From the human T2T-CHM13v2.0 reference genome, Homo sapiens, in the NCBI RefSeq assembly GCF_009914755.1, contig NC_060926.1: a stretch of 64,000 bases of DNA; one strand, given 5' to 3'. This document shows positions 54,511 through 64,000 of the stretch, piece after piece. Numbering within the stretch: position 1 is the first letter of the stretch; each line of letters begins with the position of its first letter. The notes beneath the pieces were generated by a model. The model did no database searches. It saw nothing but the letters and a program-made list of their open reading frames with translations, and was not told the origin of the DNA. The position numbers were made by a program, and so were the translations under genes.

Positions 54511-55894
54511 TCTGAATTTAAAATATGCTTATATTTCAGTGATCTAGACATAAAGTTTAGATTCAAATTACATGTTAATTAGATCAATGCATATTGTTTT
54601 GCTCCAATTATCAAAAAGTATTAGTTCATTTATACATATGATAAATATTTGTTAATTTTTGTTAAATGACTAGCTCATAGTGGATGTGCAATAGATATTT
54701 GTTGAATAAATGGAGTACCTACCATGTACAGGTTATTAGACATTTTGGTATTTAATTACCAAACAATGGTCCAAATAGTCCTATTAGGTAGAACAGGTTA
54801 TTTTAAACATGATGATGAATTTTGTGCCCTAATGATCAGTCTTCAGTAATCAATGTGAATGGTAAAGGTCCCCAGAGTTTGAGAGCCCTAGGCTACATGC
54901 AGTGCATACAATTAGCCTTTTCACTATCTATATACATTCTTAGTATTAAAATCCATATTATATAATTTTCATATTTTTTCATTGTCATGCCCAAAATGCT
55001 TTAGATTCTCTGTCTGAATCTCCTTATTCTGAACAAAAACTCAATCAGCCTTTTCTTTCAATGGTTAGTTAATCTGTACCAATCTTTGTTGTTAGTATCC
55101 TTAAGATCACCTATCCTTCAAAATATGACTCAATATTTATTCCAGAGGTGGAAAATGATTGAAGGTTACTGTCCGCTGTAAGCCTTTCCCAACTGAGCAG
55201 TTTCTTCTTTAGGCAATTCAGTATGTGTCTAATTTAAGTAATTTGATCATTTGATTATTCTGATCTGACTTCCGATTATACTTGCATCAAGACATCTATT
55301 TCATTTCAAAGATGCAGGGACAGCTACTGAGAAAGCAAATAAACTTGGGCCTGTTTTGGTTGAAACTACTTTCTGTGGGTTCAAAAGTTTAGGTAGAACA
55401 AGAGGAAAAATGAGTATCAATGTATTACTTATGCAACTATTATTAAATCATGAACTACAACAGAAGGATGTTAAATATTACATAAATACTTTGAAGTGAA
55501 AGATGTTGCCTTTTCACAGGCAATGTTTTTATTTTGACTATGATTTCCACAGCCTAGTACTCATAAGGCATCTTTGCAGTAAATGTAGTTAATAAGGCAA
55601 GCAACTGCAAAGCGGATAATACCTCCCTTTGCATACTTAAAGAGACTTCTTAGGCAGCAATGTTCTTCTGCCTTTCTGATACACATGTTCTGCCTGGGGA
55701 GACAGCATGCTGTTAGGTTTGTGCCTAGTTAACATTAGGGATTGGGCTGTATCTTGATATATAAGGTTTAGGCTAAACAAAGATTTATAAAAATTGAATC
55801 TAAAGATGATAACTGTGACTTGTCATTGGAATATTTTTATTGACAGAGGGACATTAAAATGGTTCAATGGCATTCTAGAGGCTATCACTGAAGC

Positions 55895-55920
55895 TTTTTT
55901 TTTTTTTTTTTTTTTTTTTT
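55895..55920 (+). repeat. T26 homopolymer
   Basis: Directly visible, with no adjacent Alu body. Confidence 0.95.
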
Positions 55921-57409
55921 GCCAGTCTGGTAATGACTAAAATGTATACAGGGTTTTAGATGCTCATTCCAAACTTGGTCCATTCAGCTACATAATCTGC
56001 GATATGTGTGCCCCTTTAAAATAATTTATGATTAAAGTCTGCAACTGTGGCTAAATTGCACACATTAGGGTCTACTGTTTTTTAAAGGCTAAAGAATGAT
56101 TATCATATTCACGATGTTTTTAAACAGCAGAAAGCACAAGCCTTTAAAATATAATACACTTTGAAGTAATTGTATTTAAGCAGTCCACACTAAATAAAAG
56201 GGCAACTATATTTTTAAAAGATAATACATATGCAGGAAACAATGGTGACCACTTAATAAGTAGCTGAAAACATTTGAAATGTGACATTTAGGGGAAGGCT
56301 CGTTTCTATGAGAAAATACATGTGATTTTACTTGGTATCATATTGTGGAAAGTGGAACCAGAGCTGTCAGGTTACTTAAGAGACTAGGGTCCATTCTCTT
56401 TTCTTTGAAGCATAATGCCAGTGTCGCAAATGTTGGTGTTGTCTCACTGTATCATAATACAGTGTCATAGTTCAAGCAATCACTGTCAGCCTAAACTAAC
56501 TAAAAGTATAGGCTTATAGTCTTAGAAAATGATAGAAGTTTTCACAGGACAAGACACTTAAAATGAATGTTGATTAAACATAAGGTCTGTACAGAGATGT
56601 ATCAATATATCTATTCAATGCCTTGGGTCACACAGAAAGGTACTCACTTTTTGGCCTATAAATTCTAAAGACTACTTTAAACAGAGAACAATGATGGTAC
56701 CAATATTTGGGGTTGTGGCCATATCATAAGACAGAACTTGCACATGGACCAAAGCTGACAGCATCCCCTGAATTGAGAGATACAATTAACTCTTAAGAAA
56801 ATCATTAGAAATCAGGGTATAGGGAGCTGAATGGGATGATTTTCATTTTCATTCAACATTGTCTAATTAATTGGTGAATACATGTCTACCTTTCTTTATT
56901 AACAAGTCAAAATTAGGTTAGATTGATCAAGGGTCATTTATTTTATAATCTTTTTGGACACTACAGTTTGATCATGGCAACCTAAAACTCTGCAGTAACT
57001 ATCTGCATAAGGCACTCAATCAAATGACTAATATCATTTTGATCCCATGCCTCATCAACCGAAACATGAGCTGTGAGACACTAATACTGACTCCTGGCTT
57101 AAGAAGACCCTGCTCTCAGTAGATGAAATATGCCAAGGATCCTGTGAGTCCATCTTACAGCCTTTCACACTTTCATTCATGTTCTTTTAGCAGCTAGTTA
57201 TTAGAAGTCCAGTAAAACTGGATGTTTCTCTTTTGCAGCCAAAGAATGAAAATCAGAGTCCAAAAGGTGCTATCCTCAAATGAAATGAGGAAAAAGAAGC
57301 TAAGTTGTGTTTTCTTGAGCATTACCAAATATTACATCTTCCAATTGAGTAATAAAGAAGTATGGCAGAAAGCTGTAGAAGAAAAATTGCAAAGCAGAAT
57401 TTTAGTGTT

Positions 57410-58074
57410 TTCATTCATTTAGTCATTTACTCAACAGATCTGTGCTGAATATCTAACATGTCGCATCACTGTTTTTTTGGATACAAAGATGGGCAAGACA
57501 ATACCCTACAATTAAGAGGAAAAGACAAAAAAATTAATTACAGAGTGTTGTTTTAGAGGCAAATGCAAGGCTGCATGATTAACTGAGCTTGGGGTGTGGT
57601 GGAGTGTCAAGGTTTCCTAGAGAAGGAATGTAAGTCGAGTAGGACTTGGTTGGGCACAGAAGTGGGAGACAAATCTCCAATATAGAGGAAAGAGTTTATG
57701 CCCAAACACAGAGGCATGAAGCCATTGTTTAAGGAGCTACAGGTGGCTTGGTAGAGCTGGAGGTTCCCATGCACTGGGGAGAGGAGTGCAGTGAGGCTGG
57801 AGAGGCAGGTGGGGCCAGGTCATGCAGCAGGTATATGACCTGCTAAGGACTTTGAAATTAACCATGTGGTAGGTGTATGAACTGCTAAGGACCTTGAAGA
57901 CACAGGGAGCTTTGAAGAATGGGAGCAGAAGAATGACAGAGAGAGTTGCCTATTTTAGAAGTACCCTCTGTCAGGAGGAATAGGAATCGATTGGAGAGAT
58001 TGAGACAGGAAGCAGGGAGACCAATTCAAAAGCCATATATCAATATAGTGGAGAAATGTGGAGGCCTGGATTAA
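57410..58074 (-). mobile_element. L2 3' segment
   Basis: TTCATTCATTTAGTCATTTACTCAACA tail ... GGAAGCAGGGAGACCAATT...GGCCTGGATT. Confidence 0.75.
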
Positions 58075-58610
58075 CTATCTCATTATGCCTTTTGGCAGCA
58101 CTCACCATAGATGAACATTCTATTCTTTTTCTCACTTGTTGTGTTACCACTCTCGCTGGTTTTCCTTGTACCTCTCTTTCCCCCTTCTCAGCCTGTTTAA
58201 TATCTCTTTTTATCTTTCATGCTTTATAGGTTGGTGTTCTTTAAAGCTCAGTCCTAATTCCCCTTTTTCTCTCTTTGCAGTTTCTCTATAGGCAGTCTCT
58301 TCAATTCAGTCTGATACGTTCAAATTTATTTCTCCAGGCCAGAATCCATTAGAACCCAACCACTAGAATTCAACTGCCTGCTTCATATATCCACTTGGGT
58401 GTCTCATAGGCACCATAAACTAACATTAAAAATTAAACACTTGTTCTTTTCTCAGAAATTTGCTTCTACTTGAGTTGACCCTCCTCAGTAATTGGCATCT
58501 ACATCCACCTAGGCAAGTTAGAAGCCTATGAGCCAGAGTTGATATATCCTTTCTTACCTCTCACTGTAATCTTTCACCTCTTTACCCTCACTTTCTCCAC
58601 TGTTACCTCA
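58075..58610 (+). mobile_element. L2 upstream segment in inverted orientation
   Basis: ACCACTCTCGCTGGTTTTCCTTGTACCTCTCT, CAACTGCCTGCTTCATATATCCACTTGGGTGTCTCATAGGCACC, TTTCTCCACTGTTACC. Confidence 0.72.
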
Positions 58611-61600
58611 GGTGACAAGCTTATCAAAGATAACAAGCCTTTGGCTTGTTGATGGAGTCACAGCAAGAGATTGGAGGGGAGGGGGAGAATTTGTACCATT
58701 TGATTCTATGAGGATGATAAATTCTACTGGAGTCTGTAAGAATGCAAGCCTTGTTAGAGGCAGTTTTTGTTTATCTGAGTCTCAGATTTCTATTCTCTCT
58801 CAATAAACAAATATTCTTTCTAATTGGCAAACTCACTTGAGATAGCCAGGAGGAAAAACTATCTAGCTGTGTTAGAATTTCTATACATCACAGAGTGAGA
58901 GGTAAAGGGCTTCAACGTTTCCTCTTTGCTTTTAGCTTATCCTTATTATATTAAATTTCTTTTTTTACCCTTACATATTGAGACACCATAAATAACCACT
59001 TCCCGATTCTCCTTCCTTCTCAATTTTGCAAACATTTTTCACTTATTCATACGCTTTAATCATTTAGAGTACTTGATTTTCTTCCCCTCATTTTATTTTA
59101 TTCAACCATTACTTAAAAGAGGATTTGACTGACTTCATCCTATTGAATTGGTGTCCTGTAGCTTGGCAATGCTGGGTGGGGATCAGCTGGAAATAGTGCT
59201 AGACTAAATCTCCTCTCCTCCTTCTTCCCCTCTTGCTCTTCCCCATCCAAATCCCCTGATGATATTTACTTGAAATTTTGATCCAATATATTTTCAGGCA
59301 GCAAAAGTATAATTATTTAAACATTTTAAATTCGTGAATTTGAGAATCTCATGTATTAACTGGCAAAATTATAGTTTTTCCATGAAATTAGGCAATTTTT
59401 TGTCCACTTGTATTTTTTTCAAGGTAGCAAAATAACTTTGCTACATTTATGTAGTAGCCAGGATATGCTGAGATCTTATTCTTAATTTGCTGTACTTATG
59501 TGATCAAATAAATTCCTTCTAGCCACAATCATATTAATATTATTATACAATATTATTATTCTCAATTACACACATTCAGACAACATCTACTGTAATGCTT
59601 GGTGTTTAAAGAAAAATCTTCTTAGAAATAATTTTACATTTTGTACATATCTATTATAAATAAAACGAATAAATAAAAGTAAATAAATAGTTGCTATTTT
59701 TCTATTAGACTGCCACTATCGCAATATATTATGTTGAATGTGTTCTTTTTTATGTTAATCATCACATGCCATCTATTTGATTTCAGTAAAAGAGTAGAAG
59801 TAGGCTATTTTTTTTTAACTTGTACTATCAGAACTCTTAAAACATAAAAGATGGTAATAAATTACTCAATACATCTTCATTAGAATCATTATTGAGAAGT
59901 ATTATAAATATTTTTAGTTAGATAAGTTATACAAAATTTGTTATTTCAGCTCACAGTGCCCTCAAACATATAAATAAGTAGTTGCTGATCTCACTTTGGC
60001 TAAACAATTTAAATAACAAAAAAAATAAAGCCACATTGCATACCAGGAAATTGACTTAATTCTGAGCTTAAGGAAGGAAAAGATAACTCTACTATAATGG
60101 ATGCACATTTAGAAAAAATAATGTTAATGTAAAAATAGCTTTGAAAATTTGTTTTTAGAATTGCTTCCTTCCTCTGAAATGATGATTATAACATGCACAA
60201 AATATTACATTTTTAAATGTTGTCTTTTTTTTTTCTTTTTCAGGGTCCTTGTATTTTGCATTGGCTTTTCCTGATGATATATTAAAGTTTGCACATTTTT
60301 CTTTACTAAGAATAAAGGGCATTGAAAAGGTGCTGGATGGTGATTCAATAGGACAGGCGCGGTTAATCAAATAATTAGAATAATATGTAAACTATGTTCA
60401 AAATGATTAGAACACTACATGGAGAATTGGTTTTGGATGATGAGAATTATTTTAAAGGCCTTGAGGTTTCATAATGTGAAAATTTTACTGCAGTTATACT
60501 ATTTTTCTTTGCTCACATAGATAAAGTGTTCTCTTTCAGAAATGTGTCTGAGCAGATACACACACTAAAATAGTAGGTTTCATACTATGCTTCTAGGAAA
60601 CCATTCTGTTGGGAGCACAACCAAGATGTTCTGCCACTAAAATAAAATAATAACAGCTTTTTTCCAGGCTCTGAGGAAAACAAGCTAAAAAAGAAATTGT
60701 TCTGAATTGTAAGTTTTTCTTCCCTACCCTCTTTTCCCTAGTATTGTTGGTTCTTCAATTTGCCTAGTGGCATGTGCTGCTAAATTTGACAAAATGAATG
60801 AACCAAGAATATGTAAGAAGCAAGGCAAATCTTACATATGTTAATTCTCAAATATATGTTATGAATCATTACTTTTTATGTGTAGAGACTTGCATACATA
60901 TAAAAAGTCATATTTCTGCAGGTGAATTTCCTTCTAATTCAGTTCAATTAAAATGTCGTTATTTCATGAACATTTTCACCAAATATCAAGATTTTCAGGT
61001 GCTCAAGCACTTAAACATGACTGCAAACCACTGAATTATAATGCTAAATTTACTCATTTTATATATATGTATATACTTAGTATAAATTGCAATCCAGATA
61101 TTTTCAACTATATTTGAGAATCAGGAGTAAGTATGATGATTATATCTTATATCATTTGAGCTCATGAATTTCTCTGAAATAGCAAAGAAAATACAAATAA
61201 GTTAGAAAATGGATTAGCCCATCTCTGTGTTGGGAAAGTTATTTTCAAAAAGTGTTATGGTAAGGGATACTATTAATGGCTGCATATCTAATTTAACTTG
61301 AGACCTTGAAGATGGTCTCTAGTTTGCATTCCATTAAAAGTTTTTAATAAGATTTCAACAAAAATAATAGTAAAAGCATTCCATTTCACCTTTGCTTCTC
61401 CTTAACAATTCAAAGTATCAATTATAATATAACCTTCATTTGACTTGCAACCATCTCTGTGTCTGTGCTTTCAACAGCATATTGAATTGTATGCTAATAC
61501 TTTAAGGGCAAAATACATTTCTTGTTTTACTTTTGAACTTTTGTTCCATTTTAAAGTGACCTCTCAAATGTGTAATACTCAACAACACTTTATCTATTTA

Positions 61601-62574
61601 ATAGTTTTTCTTAAGCATTGATCATTCAGAGTAGTTTGAAAAGCATATTAAAAAGTTTAAGAATACCTAGTCCTCCCTTACATCTTAAAGAGAGACTGTA
61701 TCTTTGCAAGCACAGGTGTTGTCTTTCTTTTTAAATTCTCACACCAATACTACTCTGGGGTTGAGGACACTTACTTACTCAATTTTCTTTGATTTTACCA
61801 GTCACTTTCCTAGGAGAACTGATCACAGGGCTCTTAGAAGAACTAGGCTGAAGCAGAACATCAAAGAAAGAAAATAGAATTTTGATTATTGAAGGTTCCA
61901 GAGTACTTTCTCCCTTTAAATAAGTATAGAAATTAAGAAAGGGAATAGAATAAAATTTGAAAAAGTAAGAAAAATGAGAAGATATAGAAAATGAGAAGAT
62001 ATAGAAAAAGACAAAGGGTGAAACAGACACAAGAGAATTATCTTTCAAAGCAGACTCTACCATTCCTCCTAGGTACTGATTTTGTGGTATGTGTGGGCCC
62101 CAAACTGAAAGAACAGAGACCATAGTAAACCTGAGAGCAATTTAAAGAATAACGTGGCTAGAACCAAAGTGGAAAGAAGAGATAGAAAGGTAGTGTGATA
62201 GAATAACATGCAGGACTCCATGTGCCATAACTAAGTGACAAGACGCAAGCAAAAGTGTGAATTTGAGAACTGCCCCCAAGAGCATCATAGTACATGGTAA
62301 CATTGGGCTGTGGAGAAGAACTTCAAACTGAAAAGGAGCAGGGGCAGATGGAGGTGTGGGAAATCTAAGGAATTTTGAAAATCTGTGTGAGCTGAAGTAA
62401 GGAGGATAGATGTCTTCGGATACGAAAAAAGCAAATACAGGAACTAAGTCCTTAGCTCATAGCTTAGTTCTTTCATAATTCAGTTGCCATTGTTCCATTG
62501 TTGCCTGGAATTAAGATTTGTAGAAGAGAAGCCTGAGGTCATTCTCATTTTTGTTCCTTTGTAGGTATCTAAGT

Positions 62575-63162
62575 TGCAACTGCATTTCACAGAAATCCTC
62601 TTGTGCACGGTTTTGGGTTAGTGTTGGCCATAAGAGAATTGTCTGGAAGTGAAGCTATACCCATTAGTCTCTGCACATCTATGGAGGGTGCCAGGTGCAC
62701 CTGCTGATCACACTGATCACTGCTGATCTGTTGCTGCCTCAAGTTGTTGGTGTGGGGCAGCAGGGAGGCCTGCAGCATCTCAAGCTCCCACTAGATCTCC
62801 TCCATAAGCCTCTCTGAGTCCAAACCCAGGTGGGTGTGCAGCTTCATAGTAAAGGTTTCATCTTCTACAGGTCATCCTCATCATTGAAGTTGAAGGCTAG
62901 GAGAGAGAGATATGTGGTCCAGTTTGTCCTTGCATGTTCTGGTTTGTCCTTGACTCACATTCAACTTTTCTTCCTGATTAATAACCCTGTTAGTCTATAG
63001 TGACTTTGGGACCAACTCAACATGCAGAGGCAACCCCCTACCATGTTCTACTTTATTACTTTAGCAGCTCTCACAAATGTGTAGGGGCTTATTCTCATGA
63101 AACATCCCTAATTTTGTAACATTAGTAGTGGCTTTGTTTCTTTGGTAGAACCCTTCTGATAG
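62575..63162 (+). mobile_element. ERVL (MLT2E/F-like) solo LTR nested in an old antisense L1 fragment (about 62490-63400)
   Basis: 3' end CAGCTCTCACAAATGTGTAGG...AGTGGCTTTGTTTCTTTGGTAGAACCCTTCTGATA resembles MLT2. The flanks (TTTGTTCCTTTGTAGGTA...TTTTTCTTCTCTGTCTT) look like antisense L1M. Confidence 0.55.
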
Positions 63163-64000
63163 AGGAAGCAAAGTGTTTCTTTGTACCTGGATATTTGTCA
63201 GTTTTTCTTCTCTGTCTTTATAATTGAAATCTTATTTTATGATATATCTTGGAGTGGGCATCTATTCACTAATTCACTGATTTTGCCTGAGATTTTTTCT
63301 TTTAATCTGCACTGAGTTTTTGTTTTTTGGATTTACTTGGACTCAGGAAAGCAGTTTTTGAGTCATCTCTTTAGTTTCAATTGTTTATCAATAATAATAA
63401 TACTTACTCTTTATTGGATGTTTACTACTTGCCAGGAGCTGTGCTAAGTGCTTTCTAGATAAATTACATTCTTTATCTTATTACAATAAGCTTATGAAGT
63501 AAGTATCTCCCAATCAGTCACACTAAGTATTATGTTTGATTTCCTTTTGTTATGAAGTATGGAAGATAGAAAAGACATTGAAGATTTTTTTATCTTTTTT
63601 TTTACTTGCTTATTCATCTTTGAATAAGTCCTGATTTACCTAAACCTAGTTTGCCAATATGCAAGTTGTACGGATTGTGATTTATGCTATTTTCTGTTTT
63701 CTTGCACACTGGCCATATTCCCTTATTTGTCTATGTTGGCAGGTTGATGGACAAAGTTCTTAGTTCAAAGCCGAGTGCCTAGGCTTTTATCTAAAATGGC
63801 TGGCCTTTGCCCTCTAAGACATGAATAGATTGAGTACACACAAATCTATAATCATGGATATTTTCAACATCCATGACTCTGCCTATATTCTCTACCTCTT
63901 CTGCCTGTAGCATTTTTTTCTTGTGGGAACTACATCAACACCAGGTACTTCCTATTTCTATGTCATGCCTAATTATACGCTAGGAACTGTAATTTCTGCC

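Overview
This is AT-rich, repeat-dense primate genomic DNA. It is almost certainly human, because it carries an AluYb-lineage element with the 7-bp diagnostic duplication. The whole window lies inside TMEFF2 (tomoregulin-2) on the minus strand. Two coding exons are present. One is a 149-nt exon (39639-39787) encoding the Kazal part of the second follistatin-like module; the other is a 60-nt Thr-rich linker exon (38841-38900). They are probably exons 6 and 7. Everything else is intron, filled with Alu, MIR, L2, old L1, L3, MaLR/ERVL solo LTRs, hAT MITEs and microsatellites. The other ORFs in the track are spurious. I found no prokaryote-type or clearly novel multi-gene system. The leads worth testing are: (1) a candidate intronic polyadenylation event after the 60-nt exon that would give a secreted TMEFF2; (2) a young, possibly polymorphic AluYb with a perfect TSD; (3) an L2 with an internal inversion; (4) two short dispersed duplications, each about 1.2 kb apart; (5) MIR-derived AG|GTGAG recursive-splice-like sites; (6) candidate antisense micro-exons; (7) several motif clusters that look like enhancers. 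Repeat subfamily calls and the boundaries of old repeats were made by eye from remembered consensus sequences and are approximate.
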